From Podarcis vaucheri (lineage: Eukaryota): 64,000 bases of DNA. The stretch lies in the NCBI GenBank assembly GCA_965113315.1, contig OZ220366.1; one strand, written 5' to 3'. Positions within the stretch are counted from its first letter, which is position 1. The number at the start of each line of letters is the position of its first letter. Positions 1 to 13,409 of the stretch are shown one piece after another. The translations under genes were made by a program, and so were the position numbers. The notes below the pieces were generated by a model. It searched no databases. It worked only from the letters and a program-made list of their open reading frames with translations, and was not told where the DNA came from.

Positions 1-917
1 AGCAGCACTGGCAGAGGCACTGGTTTCCAGTGAGATCGCACAAAATTTCAGCAAGATCTTGCTACAAACAGGAGGGGCTTTTGCCACCCAAGGCGGCTGC
101 TTCACCTCACCTCATGGGTGGGCTTGGCCCTGGCCAGCACCATTAAATCAGCCTTGTTTGGGAGCTGCTTCCATCAGCCAACACAACTGCCAACCACAGC
201 TGGTCACTACATGAACTCACACTGCAGCAGAAAAAGGAAAAGCTCAGTGAACTTACAGCTCCTCATTTCCAAACTCCATTCAATCTCACCCACTCGTTTC
301 ATATACAGGCAGCCACTCACCAGCTTTCTCAGACCCACACTACCAGAAGCAAGCATAACTACTTGAGCACAGTTCTGCCAGCCATGGTTACATCAAAGAG
401 TCACATCATCATGGATAATGCTTTCAAACAGACTCCAACAAATCTGCTCACCAGGGTAATTATGGCCAAGGGCCCTCACTGCCCTGGTGAATGAATGAGG
501 TGCTAATGAGGCTTTCACATTTTACTACTGTTTGCAATTATAAGTTTGAAAACCTGTAGGGTCAGAGGAAACCTACGCTATCCTCATGAATGGAACAAAT
601 GGGGCTTCCAGCTTAAAAACAAGGCTGTGGGTATGGAGGGTGCAGCATGATCTTCTTTTCATCTGAAACTTTTTTTTGGCAGTCATTCACTTTTAATTTT
701 TCAAATTACAAGCTCAAACTGCAAGGGTCTAAATATCCAAAACAAATAAAAATGATAAAAAGAGTGATAAAAAGAATCAAGTGGACACATCTCTCATTTC
801 TTTTATGGATGTCCAACTTCAGATTACATAGCAGCTGAAAAAGTAAAATTTGTTTTAAGACTGTTTGCATTTCAGTTAGCTGAAGATTTATTAAGTGAAT
901 ACTCGTTATGTTTTATA

Positions 918-1003
918 AGCTGAATCTGTGCATGTTTACTCGGAAGAAAGCACCCCTGAGTTCAGTTAAGCCTACTTCCAAGAAAGCATACAGAGGGTTG
1001 AAG
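918..1003. repeat. Short ancient palindromic interspersed repeat (MITE-like)
   Basis: Motif ...tgcatgtttactc(a/g)gaa..aagt/ccc.ctga.ttca...; related copies near 11455-11533, 30972-31042, 34270-34335, 35458-35540 and 52700-52775. Confidence 0.55.
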
Positions 1004-1048
1004 ATGTAGAATCAAAGTACATAGCTGGGATCAGCTGAACATTAGGTA

Positions 1049-1420
1049 AAGGTAAAGGACCCCTGACAGTTACTGTAAGTCCAGTCGCAGATGACTCTGG
1101 GGTTGTGGCGCTCATCTCACTTTACAGGCCGAGGGAGCAGGCATTTGTCTGCAGACAGTTTTTCTGGGTCATGTGGCCAGCATGACTAAGCTGCTTCTGG
1201 TGCAATGGAACACTGAAACCAGAGCAACTCATGGAAACACCGTTTACCTTCCCGCTGGAGCGGTACCTATTTATCTACTTGCGTGCTTTCGAATTGCTAG
1301 GTTGGCAGGAGCTGGGACCGAGCAACGGGAGCTCACCCCGTCATGGGGATTTGAACCACCGACCTTCCGATTGGCAAGCCCAAGAGGCTCAGTGGTTTAG
1401 ACCACAGTACCTCCCGCATC
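1049..1420 (-). mobile_element. Sauria SINE (Squam1), full length
   Basis: tRNA-derived head with B box GGTTCAAATCC, body motif AGTAGATAAATAGGTACC and (ACCTTT) tail; 14-bp TSD ctgaacattaggta at 1035-1048 and 1421-1434. Confidence 0.92.
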
Positions 1421-2841
1421 CTGAACATTAGGTAGTGTTTTACAATTAGAATACAGAAGACTTCTCTCATTTAGTCCCCTTTTGAACACAGGTGTTTACT
1501 CAATATTTATTTTAACTAAAACTTTTGGGGTTATGGAAGTGCTTATCAAAATTTGAAAATCAATCTGAATTAGTTCTGATTCCTGCAAAGTGTGGCATAT
1601 GACAGGATTGGATCAGATTGTTGATCATGGAAGCTTTTTGAAGGAGAAAACAAGTCACCATTCTGAGAATGACAAACCAAGGAGCTTGCATGCTAAAAAT
1701 GCGATTCCATTGTGAATTCTGATTACAAATAAACAAACCTCAGTTATGATGTTCCAAATCCCATGGGGAGAATTTTAATGATTTGGCTTAGATAAAGCTG
1801 CATCTGAAAAGCAGACTCTTAACATGTGAAAACAGATGCCATTTTTAGCCTTTAAGGTGTCAGAAGACATTTTCCTGAAAAACTGGTCATTATTTTTAGA
1901 CTTCTTAGACAGCCATTTAAAATAAGCATTTTACTGGCCAAATTCTACACTTTGCAAACATTTTGCTGGTGTATCAGAAAACAGAAATAGTTTAATATTT
2001 GAACTTGCATTATTAAACAACCATATTGAATTAAAACCCTGTCAAACAATGAGGAATGAATTACAGACTAAAAGTGTAGATTGCCAGTCAATGTAAAGCT
2101 AGACAGACCAATGGCATGATGTAGCATAAGGCATCTTCCTATATTAAAACAAAATAAAATTCAATTAAAGGTGTTGCCATTGCTGAACAGCTTTCTCTGT
2201 TTTCACTAATAGAATTGTTTGGGTTACTTTGTAATTCAGTTCATCTTCAACAGGCAGGATCTAAATATGAAATTATTGGCCATCAGGAATAGTTGGAGCA
2301 TTAATATGGGAAGCTGTTATTTCATAGCAAGTGGTAATAGGGCAAGCTATCCCTTGAGAATGCCATCTTCTCCACAGCACAAGGCAATGCCAGAGAGTGA
2401 TGAGTTATGTTCAATAGTCATGGCCCCTTTCCAGACTACTATAGCAAATCTATCTTAGAGACATATCGGGTCTCTTTATGCATGCTTTCCTGCTGCAGAT
2501 TGACTCCAGGCACCAAAAAGAGGAAGTCAAAAGTGCCTTTTGGTTGCTTCCCCCATCACTACTTCCATCTGGAAGGGGGAGGAGATTGCTGGCACTCCCT
2601 CTCCCCTTTCTCTAGTTTCAGAAATGTTTAGGGGCAGTTTAATGGCTGAATGGTGGCAAGATGAGGATGACCATCCTGGGAGGCATGTGATTATGTAGGT
2701 CAGGTGTTGGAACAAACCTTGCCTTGGAAGAACTTGCTTAGGTTTTGTGATTTTTTCCACCCTAAATGACAGATTCCTACTCACTGATTCATGGGATCAA
2801 AGTCACGTTTAAGCATTACTGTATTAAAGACATACGTAAAA

Positions 2842-3203
2842 GGGAGTCAAGCGGGTGGCGCTGTGGGTAAAACCTCAGCGCCTAGGACTTGCCGATCGCA
2901 TGGTCGGCGGTTCGAATCCCCGCGGCGGGGTGCGCTCCCGTCGTTCGGTCCCAGCGCCTGCCAACCTAGCAGTTTGAAAGCACCTCTGGGTGCAAGTAGA
3001 TAAATAGGTACCGCTCCGGCGGGAAGGTAAACGGCGTTCCGTGTGCTGCGCTGGCTCGCCAGATGCAGCTTGTCACGCTGGCCACGTGACCCGGAAGTGT
3101 CTGTGGACAGCGCTGGCTCCCGGCCTATAGAGTGAGATGAGCGCACAACCCTAGAGTCTGGCAAGACTGGCCCGAACGGGCAGGGGTACCTTTACCTTTA
3201 CCT
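2842..3203 (+). mobile_element. Sauria SINE, full length, CpG-rich (young)
   Basis: A box TGGCGCTGTGG, B box GGTTCGAATCCC, same body motif, ACCTTTACCTTTACC tail; no clear TSD. Confidence 0.92.
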
Positions 3204-3385
3204 ATGAACAACTGAGTCTTGTTTTGGTAGGAAGCCATGAATATGTCCTGATAAAGCTGGTCTTGTGGCACTTCACTCCTTTGATGGGGTGCATCTATAG
3301 TTTGTCTGACTATATGCCACCTACTGTGGGGTTGAGTGCACAACAAACCCCACCTTCCTTGTTAGCCTTCAGCCATGCAGTTTAT

Positions 3386-3633
3386 GAGAGCCAGTGTGGT
3401 GTAGTGGTTAAGAGTGGTAGACTCGTAATCTGGGGAACCGGGTTCGCATCTCTGCACCTCCACATGCAGCTGCTGGGTGACCTTGGGCTAGTCACACTTC
3501 TTTGAAGTCTCTCAGTCCCACTCACCTCACAGAGTGTTTGTTGTAGGGGAGGAAGGGAAAGGAGAATGTTAGCCACTTTGAGACTCATTCGGGTAGTGAT
3601 AAAGCGGGATATCAAATCCAAACTCTTCTTCTT
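3386..3633 (+). mobile_element. tRNA-derived SINE with (CTT)n tail, Squam3-like, full length
   Basis: Head GAGAGCCAGTGTGGTGTAGTGGTTAAG, CORE-like GTGACCTTGGGC, tail CTCTTCTTCTT; two further copies in the window. Confidence 0.85.
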
Positions 3634-6600
3634 ATGCCCACAGAACTAGAAGTGCAGAGAGTCAGGTAGCCAGCAAAGGGTTAAAGCTCGCAATATTTTT
3701 GTATTTCCTACATTTATACACTACCCTTCTGCCAATGCCCTCAAGGTAGTTAACAATTTAAAACAAAAGTGTGCAAAGTAGGACTTCAAAAAGCTGTGGT
3801 GCAGATGCTTCCTGAGCTACACACAGCGTGTGGAATGAACTCCTTAAAATAGGCAGGGGACTGTTGTCTCTTCTACACTGATCTGCTCACAGGTAATTAA
3901 ATGAGCTAGGTAAAAGGGGTGGGGGATATTTTCAGTCCAAAGCCCACATTCCCATCTGGGCAACCCTTCTGTGGACTAAACCCCAGCAGTAGGCAGAGCT
4001 ATTAATATAAATTTTAGCTTTTTCTCTATCCTAATCAAATAAAATGCCCTTGGAATAAATTACCTCATTGTGTCCCACTGCCAGAGTGACCCCATTTATT
4101 CCTCGCTGCCGTTCCCCCTCTGTTTAAGGGTTTCAAACCCCACAACTGTTCAGAGGGAAGAGGGCAAGGCAAATAGAGGCTGCTCCTCCTTTTGTTGCTC
4201 CTATTGCTTTTGTTGCTCCCATTGCTGATTAAAGGAGGCATTTGAATAAGCAACAACAAGGCAGAAGAGTAAGGCCAGGGGCTCCAGGGGTTGGAGGTGG
4301 GACCCCTGCAGGGGTGTGGGTCTTGGCAGGCGCCCACTGCTAACACCAATCCTGCACTATGTTAAGAAGCAGGATGGCCTTGAGCCCAACAGAAAGGATT
4401 GTGTCAGGAGAAAAAAAAACCAAGAAAAAGTCAGCAATAGTAACAACTAAATACCCTATGTGGGAAAAGGTAAAGCTAGCATTATGGGATATTATATCAC
4501 AAAGGGCTGAAGCACATGAGTGTGTTGTTGTTTTTAAAAAGTGATGGCAGTAACAGAAATAACCTCATAAGCACACATGCAAAAGTGGGTTCACATATAC
4601 ACATTCAATGCTATATGACTTCCCTGCATGAAACAGCGGTCACACACACATTTTTTACGTCACTTGTCATCACTTTAGATTCACCGCTTTGAGTGCAGGA
4701 AGTTCCCACATTCACCTGCGAGTCACTGAAAGATGAGGTGTTGTGTGGTGGATGTGGATATGTGAATGACCTCTTAGCCAGCAGCTGTTTTCACTGATTG
4801 ACTCACGAACTAGCAATGCAACAATCACTTGACTGAACCTCTATTTTACCACTGGAGGCAAGACAAGTGCAACATATTTATTATGTTGCCACTCCTTACA
4901 GTGGCACTCCTTAATACTTAAAAATTTGCAGAGCACTGTCAAGTGTCCAATGTACTTCAAATGCATCACACCCAGGAATGGACAAATCAATCAATTTTGG
5001 TACCTCGTTTTTCTGCAGTTCTCAACATTTCTGCAGTTCTCCACATTTCCACATCTGTTTGTAGTGTATTTTTAAAAAAATCCTCAAGAAAGTTTGTCAA
5101 CATTTTAGTGCAAATTTCTTCTAAATACACATTACTGTATGCATATATATTTTTAGTTTTTTAAAGCAATTTTCATTAATATATGCATTTTAAAGAATAT
5201 AGCACCCTGCTATGCTCAGTTTTGTACAAATGACAAGGCGGGAGAATTGCACTGCAAAATTCAAAAAAGAAGGGTGAATTTTGAAGGACAGCTGTGCTTG
5301 CTTTGGTTTGCTTAATGTTTTAGAAAGTGCAAATTAGGTTCACCTTCAAATGTGAACTGACTTGATTCCCACTCCCATCCCAAATCACACAATTCACCTA
5401 TGGGTGGGGGAGCTATCTCAAATGTTGTTTTCGCAAAGGTTTTGTTTGCTTTGGCAATTTGGGGAACATAAGTGTCAAGGTTCCTCAGAAGGTGGTACAG
5501 TATACCAGAATAGGCAATAGATTTCCTATAACTATAACAAGTTACCAACCACTGAACGAAATAGATCCTGCTTTCCTGTCTTACTGACAATGCCAGGCTG
5601 GTGGAAAGATCCCACTTTGGCCTTTAATGGGCCTTGCCTTTTAGTAGCCTAGCAGCTATCTGTTTCTGTTTTCACTCACACAGAACAAAGCCCACACATT
5701 GGTAGAAGGCAGAGCTACTAAGACGTACTGAATATTAATGGGACTTTATTCATAGCTTGCTGCTGCAACCACACAAAATGTCAGCCCCCTCGAGCTAGAG
5801 CAGCAGTCTCTGCTTGCGCAGCTGCAGCTGCAACGAGAACAGGTGTTTTCAGGGACCTTTTTATGCGTTCTGCTCCCATTCTTGGTTTATTCAGCCAGGG
5901 GCAAGGCAGGCAGTAAAGGGGTGAGGGAAGAACGAGAGGCATTTGTTAATATCAAAAGCAGATAATTCCTTTAAAGAAAGAAAGCTGGCAGCTCTTCCAT
6001 ATTTCCCAGCTTCACTGTAAACTGTAATGCCATTTTCACTTCTGCTGACAGGCAAACTTCTACAATTTTAATTGGGGGGGGGGAGGAAGTCACCACTTTT
6101 AAGCAATGCCTACTCTCTTTCCAAGTCAGTTAACTCTTTCCAAGAGTGTTAACATGTTTACTGACAGCCTCATACTCATCTTATGCTGGGGCATCATTTA
6201 CAAAATATTGCTCAAAGCATTCTTAATTTAAAAGAAAGTGCACAACACAGAAACATAAACACAAAAACTAACATTTAAAAGAAAAAGATGTGAACAAAAG
6301 CGCTATCCGTAGTAGCTTCTTATTGGAAAGGAAGGAACCCTTAAAGTATAGCCAAAGGCTCTGAGAATAAGCATGGTTGTAGCTGAATAGCAATGACTGT
6401 TCTATTCAGCATGCAGGATCGAAGGAGAACCAAACTCAAGAGGAAGAGGGAAACTCTCCTCGCCTCCCTGTGGCCTATCTATTAAGATATGGGAGGAGGG
6501 CAAGCATTGGGGCAATATGAGGAAGGTTATAACATTTGGGGCTTTTTAGCCTACAAAATATTGAGTAAGGAGGGGTTTTTATTTATGTATTTATTAATTA

Positions 6601-6908
6601 AATTTCTATATCACCCTTCATCTTAGGACCACAAAAATATGTAACAAAATAGCAAACAAAAACAATACCCCCCCAACAGTTTAAAAGGCCACAAACTGTT
6701 GAATTAGCCAAAGGCTTAGGAGAAAAGGGTGTGAGGGAAGTATATAAAACTTTGGACTCATCGACATTCATAAAGATAAAGTGCTTTATATGCATTATAA
6801 CACTGCGGTACCAGGTGGCACTGTGGAGTCCCATCTTTCGCCAATGAGATTTCCCTGTATGAAGTTCACAACACATTTAACTGAATCCCTTTTTTGATCT
6901 GTCTAGAT

Positions 6909-7216
6909 CTGGGGTCGGCAAGGTTTACCTCACCAGGGCCAGTTCACTCCATGGGCTAGATTGCGCATGTGCTCATGCACGCATGGCCGCAATTTCTGGT
7001 GTCTGTGTCTGTGCAGACACGATTTACGGTGTCTGAGCATGTGCAGATGTGATTTCCGGCACCACAGAAGTGAGTCCCTGCACCGCGCTGCGCCAGTTTA
7101 GCACAGCACGCAGGGACTCGTTGAGCAGGTGGCTCGGTTCGGGGGCGGCTCATGGGCCAGTTAAATGAGCCCCATGGGCCGCTTGTGGCCCATGGGCCTT
7201 AGGTTGCCTACGCCTG
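6909..7216. mobile_element. Non-autonomous hAT (Charlie-type) element
   Basis: Ends CTGGGGTCGGCAAGG and GGTTGCCTACGCCTG; perfect 8-bp TSD gtctagat (6901-6908, 7217-7224), fitting the NTCTAGAN target preference. Confidence 0.88.
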
Positions 7217-7239
7217 GTCTAGATCCAGCCTATTCAAGG

Positions 7240-7672
7240 TGTAAAGAAAGTGGATGGGGAGAAGTTTTCCCTTCTCATAATAACAGAACACCAGGGTCTT
7301 GCAGTGAAGCCGAATAATGGGAGATTCAGGATATGCAAAAGGAAGCACTTCTTCACAGAGCACATAGTGAAATTGTGGCATTTGCTACCCAAAGATATAG
7401 TGATGGCTGCTAACTGAGCTTTTAAAAGGGGATTAGAAAATATTCGTGGAGGTTAAGGTTATCATTGGCTGCTAGTCATAATGCCTGTATCTAATGCCTC
7501 CACTATCGGAGACAGCACACCTCTGAATACAATTGCTGGGTAACAGTAGTGGAAGAGGAGTAATTCACTCATGTTCTGCTCCTGTGCTTCCCATAGGCTT
7601 TTGGTTGGCCCCTGTAGGAAATGCTAGCTGGACCAAACAGGTCCTTAAGACTGATCCAGCAGGGTTCTTCTT
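7240..7672 (+). mobile_element. CR1 LINE 3' fragment
   Basis: Degenerate ORF2 end (aaaaggaagcacttcttcacagag...) and 3'UTR ending ctgatccagcagggttcttctt. Confidence 0.75.
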
Positions 7673-7735
7673 AAACCCTTAAATCCCACTAGTACAACTG
7701 GTACATAAGAACAAATCTTACAGCTATTGTATAAT

Positions 7736-7874
7736 CCAACTTTCCCCAACTTGACACTCTTCAAATGTTGTTGGACTACATCTCCCATCATCCCTGACTA
7801 CTGGTCATGCTGGCTATTGCTGATGGCAGCTGTAGTCCAAAAACATCTGGGTGGCAGCAGACTGGGCAAGGCTG
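7736..7874. mobile_element. Degenerate palindromic MITE related to the 136-bp family
   Basis: Motifs gttgttggactaca...cccatcatccctgac...gtagtccaaaaacatctgg. Further relics near 11170-11272, 61190-61290, 61968-62070 and 63890-63978. Confidence 0.65.
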
Positions 7875-10800
7875 CTTTAATGCAGGGGGCTCCTTCAGGT
7901 ATTCCACCTCACAGGCAGAAGAAACAATTATATCAAGCTCCTTCCAGTTAATTATAGAAAGAGTTTCATTACCAAGAACCTGCAAAGAGGCTGCTGAAGG
8001 TTCCATGTGAAGTCAGACAGCTGAACAACACATTCACCAATAGGCTTCCAAAACGAAATGGCTTTTATCTGCTTCTATTTCACAATTGCCACTTAATTAC
8101 CAAGTGCTGCAGAACTAATAAATCAAAGAGACAACCTGTCTCCTTTCAGGTACACAACACACAACTCCAAAGTGGCAGCAAATGCTTCTGTGTCTGTAGA
8201 TAGTGAACAGTACATCTCCACATTCTTCCCCAAAGAGCAAAGTTGTTACAGTGCAATGTAGCATTTGTTTATCCTTGAAATGTGCCTGTTTGAAATGTCC
8301 ATGTCAGAAGATACTAGTGCTGGTTGGATGCCTCAATGACTACAATATTTGTAATATACAACAAGTTTAGGTTTTCTTGGGAAGGCGGGAGGGGCTGAGT
8401 TTTCCACTGTGCTGTGTTCTTTATAAGAAGTATACTCCTAATGAGTAGGAGAATGTTTAATACTCAAGAGAGCAATGTGGAAGTCTCACCCAACTATTCT
8501 ATCATGACCTGAAGGGAAAACGGACTTCCTGAATTCATCAACTGAGTGACAAGAACAACAAAAGACTGGAGAAACTATTCCAGCGTCCATCATATAATAA
8601 CTGTTTCAATTATCTACATTCCGCCCATCCCAAAGCGGCAGACTTTCTTTCATCCCTTCTTAAAAAATGAATGAATAAGGGCACATTTAATAGTAATGGG
8701 TGGCGGGGCAGGGAGAAATCTTGGAAGTTACCTGGCTCTCTGGATACAATATATAGGTACCTCCCACCTGTGGCAGTTTTGCAACTGAATGAACTGGTCT
8801 GCCAAGCGGCTATTCAGACATTATTTACCCTCCAGGATTAGCTCAAAGGGGATATCAAGTGGGCCTTGGGTTCATATATCTGTTCCCCCAATCTTACCCT
8901 CCCCAACACCCTTTTGTTCCTCCACTGCTTCCTTTGTTGAACATGGGTTTTTCCTTGCCCCTGAGAAATACAGTTGCTAGATTGCATGTCAAAAGGAACA
9001 ATTAATTTCTGCCATAGGATTCATGGACTTGTTGATGCAAGATAAGCACTATGACACCAAAAGCTTTGTTTATGGACACCAATCTTAGGTGGGGGACAGG
9101 TAGATGGAGGACTAGTTCAACTGAACACCCAGATGTATCCTGGATTGCCTTTTCTAATAGTATTCTGATGGTTGTATATTTTTGTTGGAGCCATTCCATT
9201 TCTCAAGGGTCCATATGATTACTTTGACTTCTCATCTGTCATGAATAATCATATATATCCCCAGGGACATTCATAAGAAGCTTTTTCAATTTACTGCATG
9301 CATTTTAGTTTCCTGCCATTGTCTTATCAGAGGGTATAGCAACAAGTACCAGGAAATTTAATCACATATTGGAAGACAGCTGGATGGATGGATATTCGCC
9401 GAAGGTTGGTTAGTGCTACAAACCAGTCCTAAATTGAAGGCCCACACTACAAGACTTGTATCCCCTTATGCTCCACCCCTTATAGTTGTTTTAATTGCAT
9501 GTCTTTTAGTACTTATTTCTTTTAATTATCAGTTCTTATATATCCATTATCTGTGTTCGTATTTCCTCTAACAATTACCTGTTTGAACTCTAGTTGCTAT
9601 TTTATTCACATGTTTATCTCGTGCTGGTAATAAGTTTATTCATTCAGGGTATGGGCAAAATCTAAGACCTTTAGGGTGGAACAAAGTTTACCTTAAATAT
9701 GAGATGGTCAAGGATATTCTGCGTGTGTTTTTACAACCACAATGGAAAGCTGTGCCCCCAATTTAAGCAGCAGCTTGGCTGCCCTCAGCAGCCCAGCAGC
9801 AAACCATTTGTAGTCACACAAACCCACGCACACACAAAACCCAAGAATGCCATTGGGAATGATGCTGTGTCTGATGTACTGCCATTCACTTGAAGCATTC
9901 CATCCCACATTATAAAAAGAACACCTCTGGGCTGATAAGGAAAGCCAAGCAGTGGTAGGAAAACTTTTAATTCTGTAAAAAAATAAACACCATCATCCCC
10001 AGCCACCCCATGTTTAAGGTAAGTCCACCCTCCACCCAAAATGTATTCAAATTTGCCTACCCCCAGAATTCACCATTAATACCCCACCACTTTTGTAGCA
10101 AATGAATGGCCTCACAAAAGCGGAAGGAAGATATCTTGCCCAGCATTCGCTTTATGCTGATTTTATCTGCTGCTCTTTTGATTTTCTTCTTCCTTGTAGG
10201 CATTTTAGGATTCTAACTTATTAACTGCCCTGGAGATATTTATACTGAAGGATAGCCTGCAAATTCTTAAAATAAACAAACACATCTGTGAACAGAGACA
10301 ATAATAGAATGTGTGCAAATACTTCATGGGCAACAATTCCTCTACCACACAAACCACCACTTCAAAAGGCACTGAAGATGTATATGTGAACTGTTCTTGA
10401 ACTGAACCTGGACTCCTTTGAAAACTGGTGCTTGCAATCCTGTGTGTATGCAGAGCTGTAACAGTGCACTAGAGACAGCTTTGGATCACAAAACATAAGG
10501 GTGGAGGGGTCAATACATCCGACACCTTCCTGGTATTTAGTCTTCAAAGCAGATACACATACTTCACCCTTTGCCCCCCAGAGATGTGGATGAGCTGTCC
10601 CAGTTTCTGAAAATTCTGTTAAAATTATTTTACAATAGATCTTTTTTTAAAAAGTGAAATGTGGGACAAGGTCAAAATAAGAAATTTTGAGTTTCTTTAC
10701 ATGTCCACAATGAAAACTGTTAGCATGTAAAAAGGCACTTGATTCTTTTGTTCCTTTCTCCCAACATGGCAAGTAGAGGACATACTAATAATAGCAGCAG

Positions 10801-12339
10801 AGTTCCTAACAAAACAGATCTTATGTAAGATTATTGCCATCACTTAGATTTTGCTAAAAAGAGAGCAAAGGAAAGGGTTATACTGTCCCCAGATTTAGAA
10901 TAGGAAGTAAATAGACTTGCCAGATTTTTTTTTATCACACTTCAGAATTGTTGCATTCCTTCTTTGAATTATGAACAAGCAGGGTTCTGAAATGTATTTA
11001 GTGCATTTATACATTTACTTCTTTTCCACCAAAGCATTATATGTAAGATTCCCATCCAGAGACTGACCAAATGTTATACACCCTCAGACCATACCCCGGA
11101 GCATAAGACCCTTTTGTTTCTGTGTACTTTGAATAAAGTAAAATAAAAAGATTGTTGCTTTGTGGCAGACATATGGTCCCCCACATCTTGTTGAATTCTC
11201 ATCAGCATGGCCAATGGACAATTGGAGTTGCAGTCTAACAACATCTGGAGGGTCACAGGTTGACCATCCCTGCTCTAAGGGGAAAGAAACATGAAAAAGC
11301 CCAAGTAACATGGATTTATTTTTTTTAAACCCAGACTTGCCACTAATAACACAAAATATATGGACCTCAACCTAGATAACTTCAGTCATGACTCCCTCTG
11401 AAACAACGGTACTGAATTAGTCATCATGGACTTCTATTGATTTCAGCCTAAAATACAGTGCAGTCGTAGGCATGTTAAGTATGTCCTCCTGAATTCAGTG
11501 GGACGTACACTAAGCATGCTTAGAACTGAAGCCCTAATCATGATTCCTGTCTTACCTGGGTTGGGACCATATTCCACTGTGTATTACCCCCCAAAAGAGG
11601 CTCATTTAAATTCAGCCTTATTCATGTAATATGCCAAAATAGCTTCAAATATGTGGCCGGTTTAGGATTAGTTTATTAATGATTCTAAATTGCTTTATGA
11701 TACACAACATGATGCACAAGTCACCTTTCCCCAAAATGTCACAAAAATATTTGATTTTGTATAGACGTCTGTCTGTCACAGCTTCTGCAACTACTAAAGT
11801 ATATGATTTAATTTCAGCCTTGTAAGTTGTAAGATTAAGTGTTCTACCGTGTTAGGTTTAGAGTACTCAGTGCCTGTTAGGTCAAGCTCTTGTGCTACAG
11901 ATATCCATTCCAAGGTTGTGACCTTCTGCTGAAGTATTTACACTTGATATTTTATCCCTCTGCTTCCTTCCTTCCATCCCCCCTCTCTCTTTCTCTTTTT
12001 TAGGATGGTAGTGGTCACCATTTTCAGAAGTCATAATAATATTTAAAGGTCATATGTATGCACATAAAGATGACAATTTAAAAGAAATGTTGCATCATTA
12101 GTACAGTACTAATACAACATGCATTGTAGCTTGTACCATTCTAGGAGAGGAACATGACTCTATTGCCCAAAGAGAAAAATGACACAACTTCCCTAAGGGA
12201 TAAGGCAGTACATACTGGTCTGTGTACCAAGGGCCAGTAGGAGAGAAGCCGAAGCCACAAAACATAGTGGTGCAGCAAAAAACAAAACAAAACCTGGTAG
12301 CACATTTGCAAAGCTAAGCAGGGGCTGGTATAGTATCAA

Positions 12340-12432
12340 GTTAGATGGGAGACGCTGCCTGTTGAGATTCCTGCATTGGAGGGGGTTGGACCCCCATGAT
12401 CCTTTCCAGCTCTACAATTCTGTGATTCTGTG
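12340..12432 (+). mobile_element. CR1 3' terminus
   Basis: gattcctgcattggagggggttggac...tctacaattctgtgattctgtg tail. Confidence 0.75.
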
Positions 12433-12842
12433 AAGTAAGCAGATGTGTCAGCAGCTGGGTCAGTGAGGATGAAGGATGCAGTAATTCCAGCCCCTGGACT
12501 GTAGGGTAAAGGGGAAAATGGGAGAAACTGGCAGTTTTCTATTAGCAGACCTTTCAGTGGATACCACATCTGAGTCTTTTAGCACCCACTCTCATAACAA
12601 AGACAAAAGGTGGGAAGTCCTATTTCATCAAGTGAACTTGGTTCACTTCCAGCAAAAGGCACAGGAACAGAATTTATGCTTCTTTCTCAACCACATAAGA
12701 GTCATAAGACCTTTCTTGAAGAATCCACATAGCATCATATAAGGCTGATAATCCAGAAAATTAATAAAGCTCCAGGAAGTCAATGAAGGCAAAAGATGCA
12801 AATATTTAAAAAGAAATATGCATTTAATACTAAACAAATACT

Positions 12843-13409
12843 AAAACTCCTCAGTTGCCTCACTGACCATTTCATTTCCCAGAAGGTGGAACAAACAACA
12901 TCTGTCTTGGACCTGGTCCTCACCAACATGGAAGAACTGATTGACCAAGTGGAAGTAATGGGAATCCTGGGAAGAAGTGATCATGTCTTATTAGGTTTCA
13001 TTATACAGTGGCAAGAGAAAGATGAGTGTAGTTGGACATGCACTCTAGACCTGGCTTTCTCAACCTTGGCCCTCCAAATGTTTTGCTACTACAATTCCCA
13101 TCATCCCTGACCACTGGTCCTGCTAGCTAGGGATCATGGGACTTGTAGGCCAAAAACTTCTGGAGCGCCGAGGTTGAGGAAGCCTGCTATAGACTTTAAA
13201 AAGGCTGATTTCAAAAAGCTTAAGTAAGGGACTACTGGGTGAAGTCCCATGGAAATACTCAAAAGGAACGAAGTCCTTCACTAGAAGTTTTTAAGCAGAT
13301 GTTGGATGACCACCTGTGATGGATGCTTTAGTTCAGATTCTTGTATTGCAGGGGGTTGGACTAGATGACACTCAGGGTCCTATCCAATTCTACAATTATA
13401 TGATTCTAT
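12843..13409 (+). mobile_element. CR1 LINE remnant: ORF2 endonuclease C-terminal region joined to the 3' end
   Basis: Peptide LDLVLTN..ELIDQVEVMGILGRSDH...TLD|FKKADF is typical of CR1 ORF2; the 3' terminus ...ggttggactagatgac...attctacaattatatgattct lies at 13272-13409. Confidence 0.85.
13051..13186. mobile_element. 136-bp palindromic hAT-type MITE inserted in CR1 ORF2
   Basis: TIRs CTGGCTTTCTCAACC and GGTTGAGGAAGCCTG; TSD ctctagac/ctatagac (7/8). Confidence 0.88.

Noticed and set aside
2842-2925. tRNA-like sequence with A and B boxes (also at 3386-3460)
   Set aside because: These are SINE heads continuous with SINE bodies and tails, not cloverleaf tRNA genes.
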